DNA from: Limisphaerales bacterium
Lineage (GTDB): Bacteria; Verrucomicrobiota; Verrucomicrobiia; Limisphaerales; JAJOIW01
Direction: 5' to 3'
Length of the DNA: 64,000 bases
NCBI GenBank assembly: GCA_965657355.1
Contig: CBFHOE010000002.1
Span: 423,449-487,448 of the forward strand
The notes beneath the pieces were generated by a model. The model saw only the letters and a list, made by a program, of their open reading frames with translations, ran no database searches and was not told where the DNA came from. Both the position numbers and the translations under genes were made by a program. Positions 21,357-32,248 of this stretch are shown here, one piece after another. Every line of letters begins with the position of its first letter. Within the stretch, counting starts at the first letter, position 1.

Positions 21357-22526
21357 ATGAGAATATTTTTTGTTCCAGTAATATCATTACTGTGCTTGAT
21401 TCTTGTCGGCTGCAGCACGACGAAAACCCCAAGTTATTACCATTCATTAACCGGCGACCCCATACAAGATGGTTATATCCGAATCGAGCAAGGCGATCCT
21501 GAGGATAAAATACTATGGCAGTATTCCACGGCATTGGAATTACTAAGATTGGGAAGAATTGATGAAGCTGCTGAATTGTTGGATGAAGCCCTTCTCAGTC
21601 AGGAGGCACTTGCTATTGACGGTGGTAAAAAAGCTCGTCAGGCGCAACGGGTTTTCTACCCTGAGTCTACTAAAGTGTATATTGGGGAGCCCTACGAAAG
21701 GGCCATGGCGTGGTTTTACAGAGGCATCATATACTGGATTCAAGGAGAACCCGATAATGCCCGAGCCTGTTTTAAATCGGCCCAGCTTATGGATAGCTCA
21801 TCCGAGGGCGAAAAATTTAAAGCAGATTATGTTATTCTCGATTATTTGATCGGAATGATTAACAAGCAGCTTAGTGGTTCGGACGATGAATTTTTTAGAT
21901 TCGCCGAAGAGAATTCGAAATTGGATTATTTCCCCAAGCCCATAGATTCACCAAATATTATATTCGTACTGGAGTTTGGAAAGGCACCAATAAAATATCG
22001 AGGTGGCGAGTATGGGCAGCTCTTGAAGATAAGGAAAGGCAGCAGCAAATCCGAATCGAGCCTTCTTCAAATCAATGAAGAAGAAAAAATTCTAATTGGC
22101 CCAATGGATGATTTAGCCTTTCAAGCCCAAACGCGCGGAGGTCGTTATATGGATCATGTTTTGGGTCGAAAAGCGGTTTTCAAACAAACCACAGACACAC
22201 TCGGCGATGCAGCTATTATCGGCGGTGCCATCATGGCAGCGGAATCAGACCACACCAATACAGGTCTCGCCATTGCAGCTGTTGGAGTTTTATCAAAAAT
22301 AATATCGGCTGCTTCAAATCCAGAGGCCGACACAAGGACATGGAAAAACCTTCCCCAGTTTTTATCTCTTTACACGGCAAAATTAACTCCGGGTAATTAT
22401 GAAGCGGTAGTTCAATTCCTCGATGAAAATGGTCAGGTCATCGGTGCTTACACTAAAACAATTGATATTCATCTCACTTCTAATAAAAAACCTCTTATTG
22501 TATTTATTAGCCAATATTCAAAATAA
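21357..22526 (+). CDS. TPR-containing lipoprotein (COG3014-like)
   Basis: Lipobox LVGC; YIGEPYE, NARACFK, ADTRTWKNLP motifs. Confidence 0.75.
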   Translation: MRIFFVPVISLLCLILVGCSTTKTPSYYHSLTGDPIQDGYIRIEQGDPEDKILWQYSTALELLRLGRIDEAAELLDEALLSQEALAIDGGKKARQAQRVFYPESTKVYIGEPYERAMAWFYRGIIYWIQGEPDNARACFKSAQLMDSSSEGEKFKADYVILDYLIGMINKQLSGSDDEFFRFAEENSKLDYFPKPIDSPNIIFVLEFGKAPIKYRGGEYGQLLKIRKGSSKSESSLLQINEEEKILIGPMDDLAFQAQTRGGRYMDHVLGRKAVFKQTTDTLGDAAIIGGAIMAAESDHTNTGLAIAAVGVLSKIISAASNPEADTRTWKNLPQFLSLYTAKLTPGNYEAVVQFLDENGQVIGAYTKTIDIHLTSNKKPLIVFISQYSK

Positions 22527-22536
22527 ATTTAAAAAT

Positions 22537-22968
22537 ATGAAAAAGTCATTATTGAAACTCTCAATCAATTTTACAATAGCATCATGCATTGTGATTTTCT
22601 CTGGGTGCGTTCACCATGAAGGCGCACGAGCTACAAAAAATCCGGAGGCGTTTACTCAAGAGCTTTCCATGAATGTGGCACTTATGGATAAGCAGGTTCA
22701 AAGATCAGTCAAAGCGGCTGGAGGTATAAAAATCATCCAAAGGGCTGACGGCAGATTAGATGTTTTTGCCAATATCATGAATAGAGAATCCAGAAGAATT
22801 CAAATTCAGGTCCAATGTGTCTTCCAGGACGAGAATGGCTTCTCCGTCGATGATACCACTCCATGGGAAAATGTTATAATGACAGAGAATGCCATAAAAA
22901 GATTGAATTACACATCACTCTCAGCAAAAGCGAAGAATTTTGTTATCAGAGTTCGGCAGGCTAGGTAG
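22537..22968 (+). CDS. YcfL/DUF1425-family lipoprotein
   Basis: Lipobox FSGC; QVQCVFQDENGF...TPW pattern; third gene of the lipoprotein operon. Confidence 0.7.
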   Translation: MKKSLLKLSINFTIASCIVIFSGCVHHEGARATKNPEAFTQELSMNVALMDKQVQRSVKAAGGIKIIQRADGRLDVFANIMNRESRRIQIQVQCVFQDENGFSVDDTTPWENVIMTENAIKRLNYTSLSAKAKNFVIRVRQAR

Positions 22969-23003
22969 GTAGCTCTTTGCATTAGCAACTACGACAAGCG
23001 GGC

Positions 23004-23035
23004 AAAGGAGCGGATACCACCGTTCCTTTTTTATT
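23004..23035 (+). terminator. Rho-independent terminator between convergent operons
   Basis: AAAGGAGCGG-ATACCA-CCGTTCCTTT hairpin followed by a T run. Confidence 0.65.
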
Positions 23036-26000
23036 TGAAGAATTTGCCGATACCCCGAGTGATATCGTTCAAAATAAGATATAAACTCGGTACAAGGACC
23101 AGTGAAATCGATGTTGCAAACATAACTCCAAATGCCAGAGATACCGCCATGGGAATGAGAAACTTTGCCTGAACGCTGGTCTCCAAAATTAAAGGAGTCA
23201 GGCCAGCAAATGTCGTCATCGATGTCAAAAGTATCGGCCTAAAGCGCACTACTCCCGCCTGCCGAACAGCTTGTAAAAGTTCCCCGCCTTTATCCCTATA
23301 TTTATTGATAAAGTCCACTAGCACCAAGTTGTCGTTTACCACAACCCCACTAAGCGCCACTATCCCGAAAACAGACATGATAGTGAGATTCATTCCCATT
23401 ATCAAATGACCAAGAATGGCCCCAACAAGGCCAAACGGGATAGCGGACATGACGATAAAAGGTTGAAGATATGATTTGAAAGGAATTGCCAGCAGGGCAA
23501 AGATGATCATCATAGCCAGCGGGTAGCCTTGGAGAATACCGTCCATAAGTTCCTTTTGTTCTCTAGCTTCACCTTCAAAGCCAATCTCTACACCAGGAAA
23601 ATCTAACTTTAATTTCTCAAAAAAACCTTTATTGAGTGCTGCGAGCACGCCGTTCGCTGTGATTTTGGAACTGTCTATCTGCGCGGTAACGTTGACAATT
23701 CTTTTTCCATCGACGCGTGTTATTGTGCTCAGCCCCTCAGCATCTATGGCTTTGGCGACAGACATAAAGGGAACTTTTTCTCCGGATGGAGATTCAACCA
23801 TCATCCTTTCCAAGTTAAAAACACTTTTCCTCTCCTGTTTTGGAAATCTCACTATTACCCGAATCTCCTCCCTACCTCTTTGCACCCTTTGAGCTTCAGC
23901 TCCAAAAAATGCCTGGCGCACCTGCTGGCCAATCCACTGTGGCGTAAATCCCATTTCATAGCCTTGCGGTTTGAGCTCGATCTGCAATTCATGGTTTGCC
24001 TTCTCATAAGAATCGGCAATGGAATGCACGCCATCAAAACTACCCAACTCGGTTTTCAGTCTTTCGATCGCGCGGCCAAGCAGAGGGTAATTATCCCCTG
24101 CAAGCTGAATTTCAATAGGAGCCCCAGTTGAAAAAATAGAAGCAGTAAAGGTAACATTTCTCACGCCGGGAAGGTCTCCAACCATATTCCGCCAACGTAC
24201 GGCAAGTTCTTCGCTGCTCGTTCCTGGTCTGTCTTCTGATGGGGTCAATTCGATGTGCACTTCACCTTTATGACCGCTAGCTAGTTCCAGCACATAGTCC
24301 CCTGCCCCTTCCTGTTGGGTAACGGAGTATGGCTGCCGCCCCACAGATGACAAAGTATGCCTGAAAATGGGCACGCCTTTCAGTTCTGGATTTTCCTGTA
24401 ATTCTTTCTGCAGCTCAAAAGCTTTTTCTTCAATGTAGGTAATTATTTTCTCAGTCTGAGCCGCGGGTGTTCCTTGGGGCATATTGACTATAGCAGCGAT
24501 GTTGTCTCCCTCTACGGCTGGAAAAACTTGAAATCTCATCCATCCACCAGCAATAACTCCGAGACAGGCAATGAGAATAGCTAATGAGGCACCCCATGTT
24601 GCATATCGATTTTTGAGGGCAAATTCCAGAAAATTGGAATACCAATGGTGGATAAACCACTGCACCCCGTTGTGAAAGATCTTTTGAAACTTATAAAAAG
24701 GTGACAAAACTCCTCTGACATCATCATACCACTTCGGTCTATGTCCCAGGTGGCAAGGTAAAATGAATAAACTTTCAATTAGTGAAAAAACTAAGGTCGG
24801 CACCACGACCAATGGAATAACTCCGAGAATTTCTCCAATCGGTCCCGGTGCAGTAATCAGGGGAATAAAAGCGGCTATGGTCGTAAAAACAGCAAAAGTA
24901 ACCGGCTTACCAACTTCTTGCGTTGCACGAATCGCTCTCTGCAGGAGATTCCCCTGCCCCTCCATTTGAAACTCATGAATATTCTCACTAACGATAATGG
25001 CATCATCAACAACAATGCCCAGGACAAGAATAAAACCAAATAGGGAAAGTAAATTAATACTAACCCCAAGAAACGGCATCATCCATAAGGCCCCTAGAAA
25101 AGATATGACAATGCCTACAGCTACCCAGAATGCCAAGCTGAGTCTGAGAAACATGGCTAAAATGCCAACGACGAGAACGAGCCCAAAAAAGCCATTATTA
25201 ACTAACAATTCAAGGCGAGATTTAAGGTAACTTGAGTCGTCTTGCCAATAATTAAGAGATAGGGCTAGAGGTAAGTTAGCCTTGGTTTCTGACACGTATT
25301 TTTTAACTGCATTGGCAACTATCAGAGCACTTTGATTCCCCGTACGAAACACCTGGACCATGGCTGATCGTTTGCCATCGAATCTCGATATCAAATCATT
25401 ATCTTTGAATCCATCTACAACTTTTGCGACATCACTGACTCTAATAACCGTACCATCAGGCGTGGATCGAAGAACTATAGACTCAAATTCTTGGCCAATG
25501 TATTTCTGAGTCTTTGTCCTGATCAGGATGTTTCCTGATTCAGACCGAATTGAGCCTGCGGGAATATCTATCGAAGCGAGATTAATGGCCCGAGCTACCT
25601 CGTTCATAGTGATATCGTATTCCCTTAATTTCCATTCCGATAATTCGACAGTAACTTCATCAGTCCGAACATTCACCAGTTTCACCATTGTAATCTCAGG
25701 CAGTGCCAGTAGATCATTTCTAACTTGATCGGCGTAGTCCTTTAATGTGGATTCTGAAACATCACCGGAAACAGCAACGTTGATAACCTGACGAGAAACT
25801 TTTATGTCCTCGAATACCGGTTCCTCGATTTGCAGAGGAAAAGTTCGGATGCTGTCGACTTTATTTTTGAATTCATCAAGAAATTTTCCTTTATCGGCAC
25901 TGGTTTCAAGCTCGACGTTTACTATGCCCATTCCCTCGGTTGCAGTGGAGCGAATTTTCTTTATTTCGTCCATACCCTCAATAGCTTCTTCTATCGGCTG

Positions 26001-26195
26001 GCAAACACCCTTTTCGACCTCCTCAGGTGAAGCTCCCTGGTAGACAATTTCAACGGTGACCATCCTTGGGTCTGTCTCCGGGAAGATCTCCTGTTTGACG
26101 GAGGAGAGGGAGGAAAAGCCACCAACGATTATTGTGACCGCTAGAAGATTAGCCGCTACTGAATTCCGAGCAAACCAGTTAATTATCCCGTTCAT
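23031..26195 (-). CDS. RND efflux permease (AcrB family)
   Basis: WFARNSVAANLL, LGIVVDDAIIVSENI, RFRPILLTSMTT; 1054 aa. Confidence 0.93.
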   Translation of the reverse strand: MNGIINWFARNSVAANLLAVTIIVGGFSSLSSVKQEIFPETDPRMVTVEIVYQGASPEEVEKGVCQPIEEAIEGMDEIKKIRSTATEGMGIVNVELETSADKGKFLDEFKNKVDSIRTFPLQIEEPVFEDIKVSRQVINVAVSGDVSESTLKDYADQVRNDLLALPEITMVKLVNVRTDEVTVELSEWKLREYDITMNEVARAINLASIDIPAGSIRSESGNILIRTKTQKYIGQEFESIVLRSTPDGTVIRVSDVAKVVDGFKDNDLISRFDGKRSAMVQVFRTGNQSALIVANAVKKYVSETKANLPLALSLNYWQDDSSYLKSRLELLVNNGFFGLVLVVGILAMFLRLSLAFWVAVGIVISFLGALWMMPFLGVSINLLSLFGFILVLGIVVDDAIIVSENIHEFQMEGQGNLLQRAIRATQEVGKPVTFAVFTTIAAFIPLITAPGPIGEILGVIPLVVVPTLVFSLIESLFILPCHLGHRPKWYDDVRGVLSPFYKFQKIFHNGVQWFIHHWYSNFLEFALKNRYATWGASLAILIACLGVIAGGWMRFQVFPAVEGDNIAAIVNMPQGTPAAQTEKIITYIEEKAFELQKELQENPELKGVPIFRHTLSSVGRQPYSVTQQEGAGDYVLELASGHKGEVHIELTPSEDRPGTSSEELAVRWRNMVGDLPGVRNVTFTASIFSTGAPIEIQLAGDNYPLLGRAIERLKTELGSFDGVHSIADSYEKANHELQIELKPQGYEMGFTPQWIGQQVRQAFFGAEAQRVQRGREEIRVIVRFPKQERKSVFNLERMMVESPSGEKVPFMSVAKAIDAEGLSTITRVDGKRIVNVTAQIDSSKITANGVLAALNKGFFEKLKLDFPGVEIGFEGEAREQKELMDGILQGYPLAMMIIFALLAIPFKSYLQPFIVMSAIPFGLVGAILGHLIMGMNLTIMSVFGIVALSGVVVNDNLVLVDFINKYRDKGGELLQAVRQAGVVRFRPILLTSMTTFAGLTPLILETSVQAKFLIPMAVSLAFGVMFATSISLVLVPSLYLILNDITRGIGKFFK

Positions 26196-26235
26196 GAATC
26201 TGTTCTCTCGATTTTCTGGTTTTGGGAATAATGCA

Positions 26236-27405
26236 TTACGGGTTTATTCCATTTTTAGACATTATAGAGGCCGATTGGCCTGGGACAAAAACACCAAGAA
26301 CAGAAGTCACAATGCTATCTCCCGTTTCGATGTCGGCCCTCACGACGACGTCATTAATCTTTGACTGAAGAACGTCGACACGCCTCACTTGCAATTTCCC
26401 GACTGAGTCGACAACATAAAGTCTGTCACTTGACCGCAAGGCAATTCTTGGCAAAACAAGAACTTCATTTTCGGTTAGTCCGTGAATCATGGCTCTGACA
26501 AATAACCCTTTGGGAAGAGGTGTGATCTGGTTCTCTCCAAGTGGATTTTGGTACTCGACGACTAGTGTGGCCATTCGAGTCGCCGGAGTTATGTCAGCTT
26601 CCAAGGACACAACTTTGGCTTTCCATTCTTTCTGCGAACTGGCTATGTCGCCTATTAATTGGATTTCAATTTGATTCACTTCATCCGGTCCAGGCGCATG
26701 GCCAATGGTGAGAGGAAGGTATTTCAAGTCCCCCAAAGGAATGGGAATTCTAATTTCATAGACATCACTTCCATAAATTTGTGCGATGGGTTCGCCAGAT
26801 CTTATGAATTGCCCTACATCGATTAATTTTTGATCAACAACCCCATTGAAAGGGGCAGAAACAAGACATCTGGAAAGATTCAATTTTGCTTGTTCTAAGT
26901 CAGCCTGAGCAGCTTGTAAACGAGCTCTTGCCTCATTGAGCTGTGGCTCTCTGAGAACCAATGGAGAGGCTTTTTGATTATTCCCTAATTCTTCCCAATC
27001 CCTTTTTGCTATTTCTCCTTGCGATTCCTCGATCAATAAAGCTGCTCTTGCTTGCGAGACGGAGGCTTCAGCTTTTTTGATGACAAGCTCAAAATCCTTA
27101 GAATTTATCCGAAGCAACTCGTCACCTTTGATGATTTGCCTTCCTTTTACTAATTTAGGATTTATCCATTCGACCCTGCCTTGAACTTGGGGTGAAAGAG
27201 TAATGCTCTTTACTGGTTGGACTGTACCGTGGCTTTCGATGACATACCGGTAATTCACAACATTGGGCGTAATAACGTCAACTGGAACATTTCTTTCCTC
27301 AGGTGGTGTCGGCTCGAGTGGGCGCTTACTTAGAATGAGAAGGGCTGCTATGCCTATTCCCACCAAAAGGAATAAAAAAGGTGAAATAATCTTAATAATC
27401 TTCAT
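26236..27405 (-). CDS. RND efflux membrane fusion protein
   Basis: N-terminal TM, HGTV.P..., PQVQGRV, coiled coil, APFNGVV. Confidence 0.9.
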   Translation of the reverse strand: MKIIKIISPFLFLLVGIGIAALLILSKRPLEPTPPEERNVPVDVITPNVVNYRYVIESHGTVQPVKSITLSPQVQGRVEWINPKLVKGRQIIKGDELLRINSKDFELVIKKAEASVSQARAALLIEESQGEIAKRDWEELGNNQKASPLVLREPQLNEARARLQAAQADLEQAKLNLSRCLVSAPFNGVVDQKLIDVGQFIRSGEPIAQIYGSDVYEIRIPIPLGDLKYLPLTIGHAPGPDEVNQIEIQLIGDIASSQKEWKAKVVSLEADITPATRMATLVVEYQNPLGENQITPLPKGLFVRAMIHGLTENEVLVLPRIALRSSDRLYVVDSVGKLQVRRVDVLQSKINDVVVRADIETGDSIVTSVLGVFVPGQSASIMSKNGINP

Positions 27406-28899
27406 TTACGACGAAATATCTGAAACATCGTTTTTATCTGGTTTTGCCCTGTATTGAGCCCCCAAAGAAGTGGTTAATAAAATGCGGTTTAACAAGCGCT
27501 GGCGAAAGACATCAAGGCGACTTATTCTAGATTGCAACAAAAGGTATTCATTTTCCAAAACCTCTATCCTGGTTCCGACACCTAGTTTATATTTTTGCTT
27601 CGCAGAGAATAGCAACCTCTCGCTCTCAGCCAAGTTTTGTTCTGCCAATAGAAATGATTCGGACAGGACCTTTTCGTTATCCAAAGCATTTTCCACCTCG
27701 GAAAAAGCGGTTTGAACAGATTGTAAATAACGCGCAAAAACTTCCTTTTCATTTGCCTTCGAGATATTTAATGAAGCTTTCAGTTTTCCATAATCAAAAA
27801 TAGGACGTGCGACGTTACCTCCAAGACTCCATACTGAAAAATCCAAATCGGTTAGATCTGAAAGTTGATCAGAACTCGTTCCAGCTGAACTAGTCAGAGC
27901 AATCCTTGGAAAAAGGGAAGCTTTGGACTGGTTGACTCTTTTGCCGGCAGCAAGTAATCGCTTTTTAGCTGCAACTAAATCAGGCCGGTTTTCCAAAAGG
28001 TCCGAGGGCAAACCATGCCTAACGGGAGTGAGATTTTGGGGGAGCTGACCCAATAATTCAATCTGTCCATTTGGATACCCACCAAGAATGGACTCCAGTT
28101 TCCGCAAAGCATCCCTGTGATTTTTTTCGGCTTGAATTTCGTTTGTCCTAGCATTTTTGAGGACGACCCGAGCGCTTCTCAAGCTATCTCCATTGCTGAG
28201 ACCGCTATCATACCTTTGACTCGTGACACGGACTAAATCCTGCCTATTCAGCGCCATCAGGGAGACCAACTCATGAAACTCATCTGCGTAATGGGCGTTA
28301 ACCCACATCTGTAAATACGATGATAAAAGGGAATGCCTCAACCATTTAAAATCTGCTTCCACTGATTCTAAGGACAAAACAGACGCCTCTTTCGCGTTTT
28401 TTAGGCGACCCCAAAAGTCAATTTCCCACTGGCTGGCCAATGTGAGGTTATATGAAGTGAATTGGGTAGAAAGTGGACCAGTGTTGCCGGGTATAGGCAA
28501 ACCAATAAAATTTTGCTGATTTTTGCTCCCCCCGATTGATGCTGTAAATTCTGGAAACCTATCAGCACCTGCGATCTGGGCTTGAGCTAAAGCAGATTCC
28601 ACCCTACTGAATGCTGCCAATAATTCGAAATTCTCCCCGAAAAGCATTTCAATTTGAGGTAACAATTCCTCAATCGGGAAATCGCCCCAAGGCGTAAGCC
28701 CGTCATCGTCAATTCCTTCAACAATATCATGGTCAAAATTCGAGCTGGAGTAGCGACTTGGCACCATGGATTGTGCGGTGACCTCCATGTCGGCAATACG
28801 GGTAGTTGATTGGCATGCAGATAGTAGCGCCAGTAACGATACAAAAAATAATTGCTTTTTTATTTTTGGGATTCCCTTTCCAATACGACCTTTGATCAT
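27406..28899 (-). CDS. Outer membrane efflux lipoprotein (TolC/OprM family)
   Basis: Lipobox LSAC; WEIDFWGRL, GLPSDLLENRPDL, FPRIALT, AFSEVENAL. Confidence 0.9.
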   Translation of the reverse strand: MIKGRIGKGIPKIKKQLFFVSLLALLSACQSTTRIADMEVTAQSMVPSRYSSSNFDHDIVEGIDDDGLTPWGDFPIEELLPQIEMLFGENFELLAAFSRVESALAQAQIAGADRFPEFTASIGGSKNQQNFIGLPIPGNTGPLSTQFTSYNLTLASQWEIDFWGRLKNAKEASVLSLESVEADFKWLRHSLLSSYLQMWVNAHYADEFHELVSLMALNRQDLVRVTSQRYDSGLSNGDSLRSARVVLKNARTNEIQAEKNHRDALRKLESILGGYPNGQIELLGQLPQNLTPVRHGLPSDLLENRPDLVAAKKRLLAAGKRVNQSKASLFPRIALTSSAGTSSDQLSDLTDLDFSVWSLGGNVARPIFDYGKLKASLNISKANEKEVFARYLQSVQTAFSEVENALDNEKVLSESFLLAEQNLAESERLLFSAKQKYKLGVGTRIEVLENEYLLLQSRISRLDVFRQRLLNRILLTTSLGAQYRAKPDKNDVSDISS

Positions 28900-29315
28900 G
28901 TGCTTCCGATAATAATCTTTCACACATATGAAAGATTTCCACAAAGACTTATTCATCAAATTTTTCCCTGCATTCAAAAACCCTTAAATCTGAGCTAAAA
29001 ATTATGATTAAGGCTTGTTCCTGATAGCATAACAAAAGCACCCGCACCTCAAAAAACACTAAGTTTCTTTAATAAACAAAAGAGAATATGGCAATTTGGA
29101 CAAGTAACCGGTCTCGATCTAAACGCACCAGAGGAAAAATAATAAGCTTTTTTTCGAATAAGCACTTTCACTTTATGAATAGACTCCTGCACTAGTTTTG
29201 AAGCTTAGTGCAGCCACAATACCCTTGTGCTACAAAGTATTTTGATTTTTATCGTATATACAGCTATTAACTTTGTCTTTTTTGAGCTTTTAATGCCCCA
29301 CAATAATCAGATCAA

Positions 29316-29828
29316 TTATTTTTTCAGTTGGCATTGAAGAATGACAACATCTCTCCATCCGTCGAATTTATAACCTGCTTCTTTAAGGTAACCGGCTTGC
29401 TCATAGCCCAAGGCTTTGTGCAAACTTATTGAGGCCTGATTTGTGGAGTCGATCTTAGCAATTATGGAATGTTTACCCATCTCTTTTGCTTTTGATATAA
29501 CGGCCAAAAGCAACATTTTTCCAACACCTTTCCCACATTGGCTGGCAAGCACAAACACGGCATTTTCAACCGTGTAACAATACCCCTTGCGTGAATTAAA
29601 TGGTGTTAGCGAACTCCAACCAAGAACATCACCCGCCCTGTCCTCAACGACATAAACTGGATACCCAGCTTTCTCATGTTCCACCATCCAATGAAGGCGC
29701 ATCTCTTTTGTCTCAAAATCAAGATCGTAGGTCGCGAGTGTCGCAACACTTTCATTGTAGATATCAGATATTTCCGGCGCATCCCGAAACTCTGCTCTTC
29801 TTAAAACAAATTCGGATTTCTTATCCAT
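29316..29828 (-). CDS. GNAT N-acetyltransferase (phosphinothricin/YncA-like)
   Basis: IYNESV, TVENAVFV, GKGVGKMLL, NQASISLH, GYKFDGWRDV. Confidence 0.88.
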   Translation of the reverse strand: MDKKSEFVLRRAEFRDAPEISDIYNESVATLATYDLDFETKEMRLHWMVEHEKAGYPVYVVEDRAGDVLGWSSLTPFNSRKGYCYTVENAVFVLASQCGKGVGKMLLLAVISKAKEMGKHSIIAKIDSTNQASISLHKALGYEQAGYLKEAGYKFDGWRDVVILQCQLKK

Positions 29829-29830
29829 CG

Positions 29831-32146
29831 CTATGATGCGGGCTTTCTTTTTCTTTTTGTTCTAGTCACTGATTTATTATAGCGACTAGATTTCGCTTTT
29901 GACGGCTTGAAAGTGAGTCCCCCTCCCACTTTTTTTGTTTTCTGTCTTTGGCTGGAATACGATGTTTCTTGGCTGGTATCCGGGCTGGAGTATGAACGCC
30001 TTTTTATTCTTCTGGCGCCGGTTCCTTTTAAATCAGCTAATGAAAAATCAAAAAGTCGTCTGGCTTTATCTATTTTAAGCACGTTGACTTTTATTTTGTC
30101 TCCCATTCGATATTTTTTCCCAGAATGCCTAGATTCAATGCAGGATTGTCTTGCGTTATGCTTAAAAGATTCCACGCCCATAGCCCGAATCGGAACAACT
30201 CCACTAATCCCCAGTTCTGGAAGGTCGATCCACAACCCCTTGGGCCGGACATCGATAACAACCGCCATGAATGTGCCATGGTCCGGATCGCTTTTGATTC
30301 GCTCCAAGTATTTTTGAAGCTTTACCATCTTACTATCGGTTTCGGCATCTGAAGAATTCCTCTCCGTCCATGAAATATGATCTGCCACTTTCACAAAACC
30401 ATCCTCATCCCTACTGGTTTTTTCGAAAACACACCGATGAACCACAAGGTCAGCATATCTTCGGATTGGCGAGGTAAAATGGGTGTAATCTTTTTTTGCT
30501 AACCCATAATGGCCGAGTGGTTTTGTCGAATACCGTGCACGTTTCATGCTCCGTAAAACGGAAACCGACAAGGCAGACGCCGCAGGGTGTTTTTTGATTC
30601 TACTTATTGCCTTTACTAAGTTCTCTGGCTTGCTCAGGCCTTTTGAAGGCAACCTGTTTTTGGCTAATATTTCTTCAAGTTCTCGGATTCTTTCCTTTGC
30701 AGGCTCCTCATGAACTCGAAATATTGCCTTCGTTTTTCTTTTTTTAAGTTCTTTTGCCACGCATTCATTGGCTAAGAGCATGAACTCCTCGATAAGCTGG
30801 TGTGACTCATCATTATACATGACATCAATCCGGCTAACTTCGCCGTCTTTATTGAGTCGTATCTTTCTGTCTGGGAAATCTAAATCAAGGGAACCGTTTA
30901 TCAATCTTCTCCCCCGACACTTACTTGCAATCTCCCACCCAAGTTCAATAATTTTATCTGTTGCAGATTTACCGCCTTCGTCGATGACCTGCATAGCTTC
31001 CTCGTAGGTATACCTCTTTTTAGAATGGATAACGGCAGGATACAAACTGTATTCCAGAACCATGCCGGAAGGATCAATTAGAATCTCAGCACACTTTGTC
31101 AACCTATCTACTTTAGGCTGTAATGAACACAAACCATTACTTAAAACTTCAGGCAACATCGGAATGACTCTATCAACGAGATAGGTTGAGTTTCCTCTTT
31201 TTTCAGCTTCTCTATCTAACTTCGAACCTGGCCTAACAAAATGTGATACATCTGCGATGTGAACCCACACCCTGAAGCTACCATCTCTCTCCTGCCTCAC
31301 GAAGATGGCATCATCAAAATCACGGGCATCATCAGGATCGATTGTGACTACCTTATGCTTACGACAATCCTTTCTTCCTACATAATCCTCTTTTCTTAAA
31401 ACTTCTGGAAGTGATTTAGCTTCATTAAGAACGTGCGATGAAAACCTTTTCGGTAAAGCATACTGTGCGATTATCCCTGCAATATCTACGCCCTTTGCAT
31501 CTGCCGGACCCAAAACAGTGACTAGTCTGCCACGAGGGGCGTCCCCATCACCTCCATAGTATTCAATGTGAACGACGACTTTATCGCCTTTGGATGGTGA
31601 TAATTTTGCCTTTTTCCCATCGATGATGATTTTATTGGGAAATCTCGGATCATCTGGGATACAGATTTCCTCTCTGTCATCGAATGTAAATTGTCCAACG
31701 ACTTCAACAAAAGCTCGCTCGAGAACGGTTGTTATCTTGCCTCGGATTTCAAAATCGATAGATCTACGGCCACGACCTGGACGGACAGGTTTTACCCGAA
31801 CTCTGACCAAATCATTCAAGAAAGCACCCTTGTCCCCCCCCCTTGGGATATACACTTCACTTTTATTTCTATCATCCGGAATAACTATACCATCTCCATT
31901 CTTGCGGGGCTTATACCGACCCACAACGTAATCACTTTCCTGAGCAATGGATACACGCCTGCTCCCTTTTTTCACGAGACGCCCTTCATCGACTAACTGG
32001 TAAATACGCCTCTCAAAATCATCGAAATTCTTGCGTTTTACACCACACTTGGCGGCCAAAGAATCAATGTTTAATGACGGGTGCTCAGCCTCTCGTAATA
32101 CGTCGAATAATCGATCGTTAATCTCCACATTTTTACTCAATATCAA
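29831..32146 (-). CDS. rnr: Ribonuclease R
   Basis: TIDPDDARDFDDA, HIADVSHFV, IEEFMLLANE, HFTSPIRRYADL, S1 domain and basic tail. Confidence 0.92.
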   Translation of the reverse strand: MILSKNVEINDRLFDVLREAEHPSLNIDSLAAKCGVKRKNFDDFERRIYQLVDEGRLVKKGSRRVSIAQESDYVVGRYKPRKNGDGIVIPDDRNKSEVYIPRGGDKGAFLNDLVRVRVKPVRPGRGRRSIDFEIRGKITTVLERAFVEVVGQFTFDDREEICIPDDPRFPNKIIIDGKKAKLSPSKGDKVVVHIEYYGGDGDAPRGRLVTVLGPADAKGVDIAGIIAQYALPKRFSSHVLNEAKSLPEVLRKEDYVGRKDCRKHKVVTIDPDDARDFDDAIFVRQERDGSFRVWVHIADVSHFVRPGSKLDREAEKRGNSTYLVDRVIPMLPEVLSNGLCSLQPKVDRLTKCAEILIDPSGMVLEYSLYPAVIHSKKRYTYEEAMQVIDEGGKSATDKIIELGWEIASKCRGRRLINGSLDLDFPDRKIRLNKDGEVSRIDVMYNDESHQLIEEFMLLANECVAKELKKRKTKAIFRVHEEPAKERIRELEEILAKNRLPSKGLSKPENLVKAISRIKKHPAASALSVSVLRSMKRARYSTKPLGHYGLAKKDYTHFTSPIRRYADLVVHRCVFEKTSRDEDGFVKVADHISWTERNSSDAETDSKMVKLQKYLERIKSDPDHGTFMAVVIDVRPKGLWIDLPELGISGVVPIRAMGVESFKHNARQSCIESRHSGKKYRMGDKIKVNVLKIDKARRLFDFSLADLKGTGARRIKRRSYSSPDTSQETSYSSQRQKTKKVGGGLTFKPSKAKSSRYNKSVTRTKRKRKPAS

Positions 32147-32213
32147 TACCTTTCTATGGAATCACCCCATTTTTACCCTCCACAAGCAAGTAAATAAATC
32201 TGCTCTTCCTACT

Positions 32214-32242
32214 TTGCCTTCCCTCAACTTTTCATGCAAAAT
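32214..32242 (+). promoter_or_regulatory. Sigma70-type promoter of tRNA-Sec
   Basis: TTGCCT-N17-CAAAAT with TG just before the -10, ending 6 nt upstream of the tRNA. Confidence 0.5.
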
Positions 32243-32248
32243 GGCTCT

